A stretch of 64,000 bases of DNA from an uncultured Actinomycetes bacterium (GTDB taxonomy: Bacteria > Actinomycetota > Thermoleophilia > Gaiellales > JAICJC01), in contig CAVQXH010000001.1 in NCBI GenBank assembly GCA_963717845.1, forward strand, positions 1,264,942-1,328,941, given 5' to 3'. The notes under the pieces were generated by a model. The model was not told the DNA's origin. It worked only from the letters and a program-made list of their open reading frames with translations, and searched no databases. The position numbers were made by a program, and so were the translations under genes. Position 1 is the first letter of the stretch. Every line of letters starts with the position of its first letter. Positions 1 to 10,251 of the stretch are shown here, piece after piece.

Positions 1-781
1 GCGGCTGTCGCGCAGGCTGCGGGCGGCGGCGGCCGCGGCCGAGCAGGTCACGGCGGGGTCGCTGTCTGCCCGGGTGAACGCGCGCGGCAGCGACGAGGTG
101 GCGGCGCTCGGGGCGGCGATGGACCGGATGGCCGACTCGCTGCAGGAACGGATCGAGCACGAGCAGCGGTTCGTCGCCAACGTCGCCCACGACCTGCGCA
201 CCCCGGTGACCGGCCTGGTCGCCGCCGCCAGCCTGCTCGAGCCCGACCGGGTGGGTACGGTCGTGCGGGAGCGGGTGGCGCGCCTGCACACGCTCGTCGA
301 GGACCTGCTCGAGATCTCGCGGCTCGAGAACGGCGCCGTCACCGCCGACCTGCGCTGGGTCGAGGTCGACGCGTTCGTGCGCAGCCTCGTGGCCCGCCGG
401 CCGGGCGTGATCGCCGACGCGCCCGACCCGGCCAGGGCGTTCACCGACCCGCGGCGGCTCGAGCGGATCATCGACAACCTGCTCGACAACTGCGCCCGTC
501 ACGGGGCGCCGCCGGTCACCGTGTCGGTGCGCGGCCGCACCATCGTCGTCACCGACAGCGGCCCCGGATTCGGCGCCGAGATCCTGGAGCGGGCCACCCA
601 GAGGTTCGCGACCGGCGACACCGCGCGCGGTCACGGCATCGGCCTGGGGCTCGCGATCGCCGCCGCGCAGGCGCGCGTGCTGGACGGGTCGCTCACCGTC
701 GCCAACCGCCCCGAGGGCGGTGCGCAGGTCACGGTCGAGCTCTCCGGCCGCGCCCCGACCGAGGACCCGGTCGGCGCATGA
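1..781 (+). CDS. Sensor histidine kinase, C-terminal part (5' end lies outside the window)
   Basis: The frame is open from the window edge to the stop at 779-781. It has an H-box (FVANVAHDLRTPVTG) and HATPase motifs (DNLLDNCARH, DSGPGF, GHGIGLGLAI). Confidence 0.9.
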   Translation, partial: RLSRRLRAAAAAAEQVTAGSLSARVNARGSDEVAALGAAMDRMADSLQERIEHEQRFVANVAHDLRTPVTGLVAAASLLEPDRVGTVVRERVARLHTLVEDLLEISRLENGAVTADLRWVEVDAFVRSLVARRPGVIADAPDPARAFTDPRRLERIIDNLLDNCARHGAPPVTVSVRGRTIVVTDSGPGFGAEILERATQRFATGDTARGHGIGLGLAIAAAQARVLDGSLTVANRPEGGAQVTVELSGRAPTEDPVGA

Positions 782-1818
782 GGCCCGCCCCGGCCGTCGC
801 GCTCGCCGTCGCCGCCGTGCTCGCCGCCGGCTGCGGCAACAGCGCCGGGCTGCACATCGAGGACGGCGGCCGCACCGTGCGCGTGCACCGGGTGCCCCCG
901 CCGCAGCCGCCGCCCACGACGCATGTCCACGTGCCGGCGACGCCGGGGGTGCACCTGGGCGCCCCTTCGGCGATCGCCTACGACGCGGGCACGCTCTGGT
1001 GCGCGGTGCAGCCCGCGGCGGGGCTCCTCGGCTCGCTCGTCACCGTCGACACCGCGACCGGCCGCCGGGTGGGGGCGCCCGTGCCGCTGCCGGCCGCCGG
1101 GCGGCCGTATCTGCTCGCGGTGGGCGCCGACGGCGTCTGGCTGGCGGCGGGTGTGCGGCTGTGGCGGATCGACCCGACGTCGGGCAAGGCGGTGGTGAGC
1201 GTCCGCCTGAGCGGGCCGGCGACCGCGCTCCTGGACACGGCCGGCTCCATCTGGGCGACCGTCGCGGCGCCGGGCGGCGGGCGGATCGTGCGTCTCGACC
1301 CCGGCTCGGGACAGCGCACCGCCGAGGCGCCGGTCGGCCCCTCGCCGAGCGCGCTCACCGTCGCCGCCGGCTCGGCCTGGGTCACCGACAGCGTCGACCA
1401 GTCGATCGAGCGGTTCGCGATCCACCCAAAGGCGCTGCGCGCCACCGCCACCATCCCGCTGCCGCGCTCGCCGGTGCGCGCCCCGACGCAGATCACCGTC
1501 TCCGGCGGGTTGGTGTGGGTATACGAGCGCGGCCGGGTGCTGCGCATCGGCCAGTCGTCGAACCGGGTGATCGGCACGACCCACGTCGCAGGCGTGGCGG
1601 GCGGGACGATCGCGGCCGGGAGCGGCGGCATCTGGGTGATCACCCGCACCCGCGCTCGCCGCCGCGGCGCCGTGCGGCTGCTCGACGCCGCCACCGGCCT
1701 GCCGCTCGGCCGCCGGATCGTGGTCGGCGGGCATCCGACCGCGATCGTCACCGACGGTCGCGCGGCCTGGGTGCTCGACTCGGCGGCGGATCGCCTGATC
1801 CGGGTCTTCCCGGACTGA
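778..1818 (+). CDS. Lipoprotein with beta-propeller-like repeats, function unknown
   Basis: The ATGA start overlaps the kinase stop. The N-terminus MRPAPAVALAVAAVLAAGC carries a lipobox (LAAGC). Short repeated W-containing strand motifs (GVWLA, SIWAT, SAWVT, LVWVY, GIWVI, AAWVL) are present. Confidence 0.7.
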   Translation: MRPAPAVALAVAAVLAAGCGNSAGLHIEDGGRTVRVHRVPPPQPPPTTHVHVPATPGVHLGAPSAIAYDAGTLWCAVQPAAGLLGSLVTVDTATGRRVGAPVPLPAAGRPYLLAVGADGVWLAAGVRLWRIDPTSGKAVVSVRLSGPATALLDTAGSIWATVAAPGGGRIVRLDPGSGQRTAEAPVGPSPSALTVAAGSAWVTDSVDQSIERFAIHPKALRATATIPLPRSPVRAPTQITVSGGLVWVYERGRVLRIGQSSNRVIGTTHVAGVAGGTIAAGSGGIWVITRTRARRRGAVRLLDAATGLPLGRRIVVGGHPTAIVTDGRAAWVLDSAADRLIRVFPD

Positions 1819-1867
1819 GCCCCGGCCGGGTGCGGATCTACGATCCGGCCGATGATGGCTGCGCCGC

Positions 1868-3673
1868 ATGGGTGAGATCGCCGCCTTCCTGCGCCGGTAC
1901 GCGCCGTTCGACGCGCTGCCCGACGGGGAGCTGGAGCAGGCCGAGGCGGCCGTGCTCGAGCGCACCTACGCCGAGGGCGAGCTGGTCCTGATCGAGGACG
2001 GCACCCCGGCCCGCCACCTCTACGTCGTCCGCACGGGCTCGGTCGAGCTCGTGCACGAGGAGGAGGTGATCGACGTGCTCGAGCCCGGCGAGGCGTTCGG
2101 TCACCCGTCGCTTCTGTCCGGCATGGCGCCCGCGTTCGACGTCCGCGCCCGCGAAGCGACCGTATGCCTGCTGCTGGACGCGGCCGTCGCCCGGCGTCTC
2201 CTCGGCAGCCCCTCAGGCGTCGAGTTCGTGGCCAGCTCGCTGCGCGAGCGGCTCGTCCGCACGGGCCATGTCGCCCACGCGCAGGCCGACCAGCGCACCG
2301 CCCATCTGGGCGCGCTCGTGCACCGGCCGGCGGTCGAGTGCCTGCCCGAGACGACCGCCGGGAATGCCGCGCGGCTGATGGCCGAGGCGGACGTGTCGTG
2401 CCTGCTCGTGCGCCTCCCCGACGGCTTCGGGATCGTCACCGACTCCGACCTGCGCCGCAAGCTGATCGCCCGCGACCGCTCCTACGACACGCCCGTGCGG
2501 GAGCTGATGGTGGCGCCCGCGCTCACGTTCCGGCCCGAGCGGCTGGCGGTCGACGCGATGATCGACATGCTCGACGCCGGGATCCATCACCTGCCGATCG
2601 TCGACGCCGGCGGCCTGCCTGTGGGCGTGGTGACGGCGACCGACCTGATGTATCTCGAGAGCCGCACGCCGTTCGCCCTGCGCCGCTCGATCGCCCACGC
2701 GGCGACGGTCGCCGAGGTGGTCGAGGCGGCGTCGCACCTCCCGCAGGTGGTGGTCTCGCTGACGCGCGCCGGCGTCGTCGCCACCGACATCGGCCGCGTC
2801 CTCGCGCTGCAGTCCGACACGGCGACCACGCGCCTGATCGACCTCGCCGTGGCCGAGCGCGGCACGGCCCCGTCGGCGTGGGCGTGGCTGGCGCTCGGGT
2901 CGACCGCCCGCCGGGAGGCGTCGCTCGCATCCGACCAGGACAACGCCCTCGCCTACGCCGGCGAGGACGACGACTGGTACGCGGCGCTCGCCGCCGATGT
3001 GAACGACGGCCTCGCCCGGTGCGGGTTCGGCGCCGACAACGCCGAGGTGCTCGCCCGCAACCGCCAGTGGCGCATGTCGGACGCCGACTGGCAGCGCGTC
3101 TTCCGCGACTGCCTGGAGCAGCCCGACCGCTCCCACCTGGTGCGGGCGGCGGTCGCGTTCGACTTCCGGCATGTCTGCGGCGGCCTGCAGATCGTCCGGC
3201 CGCTGGTCGAGATCGAGCGCCAGGCGCCGGCGCACCCCGACTTCCTGCGCAGGCTCGCCCGCACCGCGACCGACTTCCAGCCACCGCTCGGCTTCCGCGG
3301 CCGGCTGCAGATCGACGTCGACGGCCGCATCGACGTCAAGCGCGGCGGGGTGGTGCCGATCGCCAACCTGGCCCGGTTCCATGCCCTCCAGGCCGGGATC
3401 ACCGTCTCCGACACGATCGGGCGGCTGCGCGGAGCCGCCCAGGTCGGCTCGCTCGAGGGCGAGCGGGCGGCGGCCCTGGAGGAGGCGTTCGAGCTCGTCA
3501 CGCGGCTGCGCCTGGAGCACCAGGCCGGCGAGGTCGAGGCCGGCACGCCGCCGACCAACCGGATCGCCCCGGCCGACCTGGCGCCGCTCACGCGCGGCCA
3601 GCTGCGCAGCGCCCTGCGCATCGTCGCCGACGCACAGCACGCGCTCGCCAGGTTCGTCCCGCTGGGGATGTAG
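1868..3673 (+). CDS. Signalling protein: cyclic-nucleotide-binding domain + tandem CBS + DUF294-type nucleotidyltransferase
   Basis: 601-aa ORF. The N-terminus has a cNMP-binding fold (GELVLIEDGTPARHLYVVRTGSVEL...GEAFGHPSLL). CBS-like segments follow, and a C-terminal SDQDNAL nucleotidyltransferase-type motif is typical of the DUF294 family. Confidence 0.8.
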   Translation: MGEIAAFLRRYAPFDALPDGELEQAEAAVLERTYAEGELVLIEDGTPARHLYVVRTGSVELVHEEEVIDVLEPGEAFGHPSLLSGMAPAFDVRAREATVCLLLDAAVARRLLGSPSGVEFVASSLRERLVRTGHVAHAQADQRTAHLGALVHRPAVECLPETTAGNAARLMAEADVSCLLVRLPDGFGIVTDSDLRRKLIARDRSYDTPVRELMVAPALTFRPERLAVDAMIDMLDAGIHHLPIVDAGGLPVGVVTATDLMYLESRTPFALRRSIAHAATVAEVVEAASHLPQVVVSLTRAGVVATDIGRVLALQSDTATTRLIDLAVAERGTAPSAWAWLALGSTARREASLASDQDNALAYAGEDDDWYAALAADVNDGLARCGFGADNAEVLARNRQWRMSDADWQRVFRDCLEQPDRSHLVRAAVAFDFRHVCGGLQIVRPLVEIERQAPAHPDFLRRLARTATDFQPPLGFRGRLQIDVDGRIDVKRGGVVPIANLARFHALQAGITVSDTIGRLRGAAQVGSLEGERAAALEEAFELVTRLRLEHQAGEVEAGTPPTNRIAPADLAPLTRGQLRSALRIVADAQHALARFVPLGM

Positions 3674-3760
3674 CAGGGGACACGTTTGCGCGCGAACCCT
3701 TTACTCCGGCCGATCGACCTGATTCACTAGGCGCGGAAACCCGTTCCTCAAGGAGGTCTC

Positions 3761-5287
3761 ATGGCGGTCGATAGCGGCGCTCCTGACTACGAGGGTGGTG
3801 GCCTCAGCCGGGAGACGAACTGGTGGGGCGCATTCGTCATCGGACTCGCCGGCACGATTCTTGTGACGGGGATCGCGCCGGTGATGGTGACGTCCCTCGG
3901 GGCTGCGGCGATCCCCGTGATGGTCGTGATCACGATCACCGGGTATTTGCTGTGCCTGATCCTCGCGGAGCTCTCCGCGATGATGCCGGAGCGGACGGGC
4001 GGCTCTCCCACCTACGCCTACGTGGCATATAAGGACAAGTGGCCGCGGTTCGCCAAGCACGTGAACGGGTTCACGTCGTGGGCGTACTGGCTGGGCTGGT
4101 TCCCGGTCGCCCCGCTGAACATGATCCTGGCCTCGTTCTACATCACCGAGAAGTTCAACCTCTCGCAGAAGGGGTTCACGCCGATCCACACGCCGATCGC
4201 GTACTGGACGATCGTGATCTCCGTGGTCGGGATCCTGATCGTCTTCATCCCGGCGTGGCTGGGGATCCGGCTCGGGGCGATGTTCGCGACCGTGCTCGGC
4301 CTCCTGTCGATGATCCCGCTGACGCTGCTCGCGCTCATGCCGTTCCTGCATCCGTCGGCCGCCGACTGGGGCAACCTGTCCGGCTTCCACCAGCTGGACG
4401 GCACAGGATTCTTCACGCCTGACCTCGGCCATAACTGGCTCACCATCTACATCGCGTTCTCCTTCCTGCTGACGTGGAACGTGATCGCGATGGAGGCGGC
4501 CGCGTGCTACATCGGCGAGTGCCGCGACCCGGAGCGCGACGCCAAGATCGCGATGAACCTCGAGGGCCTGTACGGCCTGTTCATCTACACCATGATCCCG
4601 ATCGCGTTCGTGGTCGTCCTGGGCGCCACCGCGCTCAGCGATCCGAGCCAGGCCGACCCGCGCACCATCTTCTCCACGTTCGCCACGGCGGTGTTCGGGA
4701 CAGGTGCGTCGTGGCTCGACTGGGCGATCTCGATCATGCTGATCATCGCGCTCTCCCTGTCCGTGCTGAACGCGATCATGGGCTCGGCGCGCGCGCTGCA
4801 TCAGATGTCGATCGACGGCGAGTTCCCGCGCATCTTCTCGAGCGTGAACAGGCACGGCGTGCCCGGCTTCTCGATGGGCTTCAACGTCGTCTGCTCGATC
4901 CTGCTCATCTTCACGGGCGGCGCGGTCGAGATCTACTCGCTCTCGAACGTCGGCTACCTGGCGTCGTTCATTCCCGTCCTCGTCGGCTACTACCTGCTGC
5001 GCAAGTACCGGCCCGACATGAAGCGCCCGGTGCGCCTGCCGGAGTTCTTCAAGTACATCGCACTCCTGATGGCGGCCGGCTACTTCGTCATCTGGAGCTA
5101 CGGCGGGCTCGTCTACACGAGCCTTCCGAACGCGTTGCTCGGCGGCGCCGACACGCGGATCTACTTCTTCATCGGCTGGGCCATCCTGCTCTCCTACCTG
5201 CCGCTGTACTGGTACCGCATCAAGGTGGAGGATCCCAAGCACGCCCGGGAGGCGCCCGAGGCGCCGCAGATGGCCGCCGGCGACTGA
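3761..5287 (+). CDS. APC-superfamily amino acid/polyamine permease
   Basis: 508-aa polytopic membrane ORF with about 12 hydrophobic segments. A strong RBS (aaggagg) lies upstream of the ATG. Confidence 0.8.
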   Translation: MAVDSGAPDYEGGGLSRETNWWGAFVIGLAGTILVTGIAPVMVTSLGAAAIPVMVVITITGYLLCLILAELSAMMPERTGGSPTYAYVAYKDKWPRFAKHVNGFTSWAYWLGWFPVAPLNMILASFYITEKFNLSQKGFTPIHTPIAYWTIVISVVGILIVFIPAWLGIRLGAMFATVLGLLSMIPLTLLALMPFLHPSAADWGNLSGFHQLDGTGFFTPDLGHNWLTIYIAFSFLLTWNVIAMEAAACYIGECRDPERDAKIAMNLEGLYGLFIYTMIPIAFVVVLGATALSDPSQADPRTIFSTFATAVFGTGASWLDWAISIMLIIALSLSVLNAIMGSARALHQMSIDGEFPRIFSSVNRHGVPGFSMGFNVVCSILLIFTGGAVEIYSLSNVGYLASFIPVLVGYYLLRKYRPDMKRPVRLPEFFKYIALLMAAGYFVIWSYGGLVYTSLPNALLGGADTRIYFFIGWAILLSYLPLYWYRIKVEDPKHAREAPEAPQMAAGD

Positions 5288-5301
5288 TCACGGGAGCGCG
5301 G

Positions 5302-5817
5302 GTGGGAGCGGTGTTCAGCCGGGCATCGCCCCCACCCGATCCCGCCACCCTGCGCATCGAGCGGGTGGTGGTGGCGTCCGAGGGGCGGGCGTTCGACTGG
5401 GCGGTGCTCCAGCAGACGTTCGAGCTCGCCCGGCCCGCCCGTGCGCAGGTGCTCGTCGTCTCGATCGCCCGGATATGGGGAACCGCCCTCGGCTTCCCCA
5501 ACCCTGGCCTGAACCCGACCCGGCCCGAGTGGGACGCGCAGCGGCTTCGCGTCCGTGAGGCCGTCGAGGCGCTCGAGAAGGCCGGCTTCGAGGCTTCCGG
5601 GCATGTGATCGGCACCCGCCGGGCGGCCAAGCGGATCCTCGCCGAGGCGGCCCGCTTCGGCGCCGACGCGATCGTGATGGGCGCCGATCCGAAGCGCGTT
5701 GTCGTCGGCGACTTCCTGTGGTCGCAGGAGCCGTACCGGGTGGCGCGCCGGGCGCGGGTGCCGGTCTACCTCGTCCCGCTCGAGCCTCGCGGGCGAGGGG
5801 CGGCACCGGCAAGGTAG
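5302..5817 (+). CDS. Universal stress protein family (UspA-like)
   Basis: This is the GC3-supported tail of ORF 4474..5817. A GTG at 5302 sits 15 nt after the permease stop. The sequence ...AKRILAEAARFGADAIVMGAD...VARRARVPVYLV is USP-like. Confidence 0.65.
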   Translation: MGAVFSRASPPPDPATLRIERVVVASEGRAFDWAVLQQTFELARPARAQVLVVSIARIWGTALGFPNPGLNPTRPEWDAQRLRVREAVEALEKAGFEASGHVIGTRRAAKRILAEAARFGADAIVMGADPKRVVVGDFLWSQEPYRVARRARVPVYLVPLEPRGRGAAPAR

Positions 5818-5830
5818 ACTCGCCGCGGAG

Positions 5831-7117
5831 ATGCGAGTCCTCATTGTCGGATCCGGCGGTCGCGAGCACGCGCTGGCGTGGGCGCTCGCGCGCTCGCCGC
5901 TGCTCGGTGAGCTGCACGCCGCCCCGGGCAACCCTGGCATCGGCACCCTCGCCCGCCTGCACGCGGTGCCGGTGAGCGACCTCGAGGGCCTGACCCGGCT
6001 CGCGGCCGAGCTCGACACCGACCTCGTGGTCATCGGCCCCGAGGCGCCGCTGGTGGCCGGCCTGGCCGACCGCATGGCCGCCGCCGGCATCGCCGCGTTC
6101 GGCCCGTCGGCAGCGGCCGCGCAGCTCGAGGGCTCGAAGGCGTTCGCCAAGACCGTGATGGCCACGGCCGGCGTGCCGACGGCGCGCTTCGCGGTGTGCG
6201 ACACCGTCTCTGCGGCTCACGCCGCGATCGCCGAGGCGGACGGGGACGTCGTCGTCAAGGCCGACGGCCTGGCCGCCGGCAAGGGCGTTGTCGTGTGCTC
6301 GTCGACGGCGGAGGCGCACGCGGCGGTGGCGGCGGCGCTCGTGGACGACCGCTTCGGCGTCGCCGGCCACAGGGTGCTGATCGAGGAGCGGCTCGAGGGC
6401 GAGGAGCTCTCGCTGCTCGCGCTGTGCGACGGCGAGCACGTCATGCCGCTGGCGCCGGCTCGGGACTTCAAGCGCGCGGGCGACGACGACTCCGGCCCGA
6501 ACACCGGCGGCATGGGGTCGATCTCGCCGGTGCCGGGGATCGATGCCGACGCGGTCGCGGACATCGTCGCGCAGGTGCACCGGCCGGTCGTGAACGAGCT
6601 CGCCCGCCTCGGCTCGCCCTTCCGCGGCTGCCTGTACGCCGGGCTGATCATGACCGCCGACGGCCCGCGCGTGATCGAGTTCAACGTCCGCTTCGGCGAT
6701 CCCGAGACGCAGGTGATCCTGCCCCGCACCGGCGGCGACCTGCTGGCGCTGCTCGCGCGCGCCGCCGGGAGCAGCCTGGCCGGGTGCGAGGCCGAGCCGG
6801 CCGAGGCCGCCTGCGTGAGCGTCGTCGTGGCGTCGCGCGGATATCCCGACGCACCGGAGCTGGGCGACCCGATCGCCGGCGTCGACGCGGCCGAGGAGAT
6901 CGAGGGAGTGACCATCTTTCATGCCGGCACCGCTCACGGCGAGGCCGGCCTGCAGACCGCGGGAGGCAGAGTGCTGAACGTGACCGCCGTCGGGCCCGAC
7001 TTCGACACCGCCCGCCGGCGCGCCTACGCCGGCGTCGACGCGGTCCGGATCGCCGGCTCCCACCATCGCAGCGACATCGGCCGCGCGGCCGCCGCCGCGG
7101 AGCGTGTGCATGCGTGA
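5831..7117 (+). CDS. purD: Phosphoribosylamine--glycine ligase
   Basis: An internal ATG at 5831 gives [19 protein letters not shown]..., the canonical PurD N-terminus. The ATP-grasp body is colinear. Confidence 0.95.
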   Translation: MRVLIVGSGGREHALAWALARSPLLGELHAAPGNPGIGTLARLHAVPVSDLEGLTRLAAELDTDLVVIGPEAPLVAGLADRMAAAGIAAFGPSAAAAQLEGSKAFAKTVMATAGVPTARFAVCDTVSAAHAAIAEADGDVVVKADGLAAGKGVVVCSSTAEAHAAVAAALVDDRFGVAGHRVLIEERLEGEELSLLALCDGEHVMPLAPARDFKRAGDDDSGPNTGGMGSISPVPGIDADAVADIVAQVHRPVVNELARLGSPFRGCLYAGLIMTADGPRVIEFNVRFGDPETQVILPRTGGDLLALLARAAGSSLAGCEAEPAEAACVSVVVASRGYPDAPELGDPIAGVDAAEEIEGVTIFHAGTAHGEAGLQTAGGRVLNVTAVGPDFDTARRRAYAGVDAVRIAGSHHRSDIGRAAAAAERVHA

Positions 7118-7595
7118 GCCACCCGCACCCGCGCCCGAGGTCAAGCACCTGTGGGCGGAGCTCGAGGCCAACGGGCCGGAGGTCGGCATCCTGATGGGCT
7201 CGGAGTCCGACCGCGAGGTGATGGAGGCGGCGGCGAACGAGCTCGCGGAGCGCGCCATCACCTACGAGATGCAGGCGCTCTCGGCCCACCGCGACCCCCG
7301 CGGCGTCGCCGAGTACGCCTCGACCGCGGCGCTGCGTGGCGTGCGCGTGATCATCGCCGGCGCCGGCAAGGCCGCGGCGCTGCCGGGCGTCGTGGCCGCC
7401 TACACCGAGCTGCCGGTGATCGGCGTCCCCATCCGCACGTCCGATCTCGGCGGCATGGACTCGCTGCTCTCGATCGTGCAGATGCCGCCCGGCGTCCCCG
7501 TGGCGTGCATGGCGATCAACGGCGCGCGCAACGCGGCCATCTTCGCCGCCAAGATCCTGGCCCAGGGCCAGATGCCGCCGCCCGCCGAGTTCTAG
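7104..7595 (+). CDS. purE: N5-carboxyaminoimidazole ribonucleotide mutase
   Basis: VGILMGSESD...SAHRDP...IIAGAGKAAALPGVVAA...PVIGVP are PurE signature blocks. The gene overlaps the purD end. Confidence 0.92.
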   Translation: MCMREPPAPAPEVKHLWAELEANGPEVGILMGSESDREVMEAAANELAERAITYEMQALSAHRDPRGVAEYASTAALRGVRVIIAGAGKAAALPGVVAAYTELPVIGVPIRTSDLGGMDSLLSIVQMPPGVPVACMAINGARNAAIFAAKILAQGQMPPPAEF

Positions 7596-8143
7596 GCGAA
7601 GTCGACCGCCTGGGTCGTGACCGTCCCGGCCGTGCGCCCCGGCGCCGTCTGGTACGTCCAGTACAGGTTCGTGTGGGCGATGACCTGGTCGGGCGGCGGC
7701 GCTCCCCACTCGGTCTGATCCTCGGTCGTGTGGGCGTCGCTGACGAGGGTCGCGTCGTACCCACGGGCGAGCGCCCCGTGCAGGGTCGAGCGGATACACG
7801 CGTCGGTCTGGGCGCCGACGACCACCAGCCGCCCGACTGCCTCGCCGGCGAGCATGTCCTCGAGGGCCGTGTCCTCGAACGAGTCGCCGTAGCGCTTCTC
7901 GAGCCGGGCCTCGGCCTCGGCCGGCCGCAGCTCTGGCACGATCCGCCATTCGTCGCTGCCCTTGGCCAGGTGCTCGTCGGAGTGCTGCACCCAGATCACC
8001 GGGACGCCGTGCTCCCGCGCCTTCTCGACCAGGCTGCCGATATTCGCGACGACCGCAGCCCGCTCGTGCGCCCCCTCGACGACGCCGTTCTGCACGTCGA
8101 CCACCAGAAGCGCCGTGTTCGGACGATTCTCGAGTGTGCTCAC
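7592..8143 (-). CDS. Isochorismatase-family cysteine hydrolase
   Basis: 183-aa ORF with TALLVVDVQNG...VIWVQH...LVVVGAQTDACIRST, the catalytic-Cys motif region. Confidence 0.85.
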   Translation of the reverse strand: MSTLENRPNTALLVVDVQNGVVEGAHERAAVVANIGSLVEKAREHGVPVIWVQHSDEHLAKGSDEWRIVPELRPAEAEARLEKRYGDSFEDTALEDMLAGEAVGRLVVVGAQTDACIRSTLHGALARGYDATLVSDAHTTEDQTEWGAPPPDQVIAHTNLYWTYQTAPGRTAGTVTTQAVDFA

Positions 8144-8373
8144 TGGTTCTCCTTCGTCTCGCCGACGGCTGCATCCGCCACGGTAGTGCTACCATGGCCG
8201 CCGCGCCGGAAACCGTCTCGGCCGCGGCTTTAGCCCTAGCTCGGAGCGATCGGGGCGGTGTTTCCGGGGGTGCGCCACTTGGCGCGTTGTACACATGTCA
8301 ATTGGAGTTCCCCGACACCCTCGCCACCCCCCGTCACCCACACGTCACATGTTGCCGCCCATACTCAAACGTA

Positions 8374-8862
8374 TGCCCTATGGCCCCGTCCCCACCTTGT
8401 ACAAGGCCCGCGGCGTGCCGCTCAAGCAGGCGGTGTGCGCCATCTGCGTCGACCGGACGCGCGGGCGCACGCGCAAGGTGACGCTGACGAACCGGGTGAG
8501 CGTCCATCTCTGCGAAGCGCATGCCGACCGCAGCTTCCAGACGCGCCGCGGTGGGCGCGACTTCGTGCGCACGCTGATGGGCGTGTGGCGGGCGAACGAC
8601 TGCCTCACCCTCGCCCGCAGCAGGGCGCTCGCCGCGCACCTCGACGAACCTGGCCGGGCACTCCGCCCGCCCGCGGCCCGGCAGCTACACGTGGCCGGAG
8701 CTGCGCCGCGACCTCGAGGCCCGCTACGCCGGCGGCGCGACACCGGCGCAGCTGCACCCGGCGATGCACGCTCGCCTGGCGCCGTTCCCGGCCCACCCGC
8801 CGAGCCGGCGCACCCTGCAGCGCTGGCATGCCGAGCACCGCTGGCTCGCCAGAGCGCCGTAG
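8374..8862 (+). pseudogene. Hypothetical Cys-cluster protein with an apparent +1 frame break near 8636-8645
   Basis: The N-terminal part (MPYGPVPTLYKARGVPLKQAVCAICVDRT...HLCEAH...AAHLD) is in the frame of ORF 8295. From about 8641, GC3 bias switches to the +1 frame (..GSYTWPELRRDLEARYAGGATPAQLH...RRTLQRWHAEHRWLARAP, stop at 8860-8862). Confidence 0.5.
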
Positions 8863-8937
8863 CCGCGGAGTCCCGCCACCCCCTTCGCTAGACTGGAAAC
8901 CCGCGCGGCCCCTCCGACCGAAGGTAGCGACTCCGGC

Positions 8938-10251
8938 TTGATCTCTCGCTATACCCGCCCCGCCATCGGCGCCGTATGGTCGGACGAGCGCAAGTTCCAG
9001 CGGTGGCTGGACGTGGAGATCGCAGCGATGGCCGCCTGGTCTGACCTGGGTGTGCTCCCCGGCGCCGCGGTCGACGCTGTCCGTGCCCGCGCCCGCATCG
9101 ACGTCGGCCGCATCGGCGAGATCGAGGACCGCACCCACCACGACGTGCTGGCCTTCACCGAGTCGGTGGCCGAGCAGGTCGGCGAGGAGGCCCGCTGGTT
9201 CCACTACGGCCTCACGTCGTCCGACGTCGTCGACACTGCCCTCGCTCTGCAGCTGCGCGACGCGGGCGAGCTCCTGCTCGCCGGCATCGACGCCGTCGAG
9301 CGGGCCGCCGTCGCCCGCGCCGAGGAGTTCCGGCACACGCCGATCATCGGCCGCACGCACGGCGTGCACGCCGAGCCGACGACGTTCGGCCTCGTGCTGC
9401 TCGGCTGGGTGACCGAGCTGCGCCGCCAGCGCGTGCGGCTGGGCGATGCCTTCGAGGGCGTCCGCGTCGGCAAGCTCTCCGGCGCTGTGGGCGCCTACGC
9501 CAACTCCGATCCGCGCATGGAGGCGCTCGCCCTGCACGACCTCGGTCTGGAGCGCGAGGACGTCGCCACCCAGGTGGTGCCGCGCGATCGCCACGCCGCC
9601 CTGCTCTCGGCCGTGGCGGGCGTCGGCGCGTCGCTCGAGCGGTTCGCCGTCGAGGTGCGGCACCTGCAGCGCACCGAGGTGCGGGAGGCGCTCGAGCCGT
9701 TCGCCACAGGGCAGAAGGGCAGCTCGGCGATGCCGCACAAGCGCAACCCGATCGTGTGCGAGCGCATCTGCGGCCTCGCCCGGATCCTGCGCGCGAACGC
9801 CCACGTCGGCCTCGAGGACGTCGCCCTCTGGCACGAGCGCGACATCTCCCACTCCTCGGCCGAGCGCGTCGTCCTGCCCGACTCCACCATCGCCCTCGAC
9901 TACATGCTCGACCGCACCCGCTGGCTGATCGAGGGCCTCGCGGTCGACCCCGAGCGAATGCTGCGAAACCTGGAGGCGTCGCACGGCCTGGTGTTCTCGG
10001 GCCGGGCGCTCCTGCGCCTGGTCGAGGCCGGCATGAGCCGGGAGGCGGCATACGAGCTGGTGCAGCGAAACGCGCTCGCCGCGTGGGACCAGGAGGTGGC
10101 GCTGCGCAGCCTGCTCGAGGCTGACGCCGACGTCGCGGCCGTCCTGACCGCGGCCGACCTCGACCAGATCTTCGACCTCGACGCCCTGCTCGTCCACGTG
10201 GACGAGATCTTCGACCGCACGCTACGACGCCCGGAGGTTGCCCATGCCTGA
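8938..10251 (+). CDS. purB: Adenylosuccinate lyase
   Basis: 437 aa. The sequence YTRP...WSDE.KF..WL.VE, GLTSSDVVDTA and SSAMPHKRNP form the fumarate-lyase signature. The start codon is TTG. Confidence 0.95.
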   Translation: MISRYTRPAIGAVWSDERKFQRWLDVEIAAMAAWSDLGVLPGAAVDAVRARARIDVGRIGEIEDRTHHDVLAFTESVAEQVGEEARWFHYGLTSSDVVDTALALQLRDAGELLLAGIDAVERAAVARAEEFRHTPIIGRTHGVHAEPTTFGLVLLGWVTELRRQRVRLGDAFEGVRVGKLSGAVGAYANSDPRMEALALHDLGLEREDVATQVVPRDRHAALLSAVAGVGASLERFAVEVRHLQRTEVREALEPFATGQKGSSAMPHKRNPIVCERICGLARILRANAHVGLEDVALWHERDISHSSAERVVLPDSTIALDYMLDRTRWLIEGLAVDPERMLRNLEASHGLVFSGRALLRLVEAGMSREAAYELVQRNALAAWDQEVALRSLLEADADVAAVLTAADLDQIFDLDALLVHVDEIFDRTLRRPEVAHA

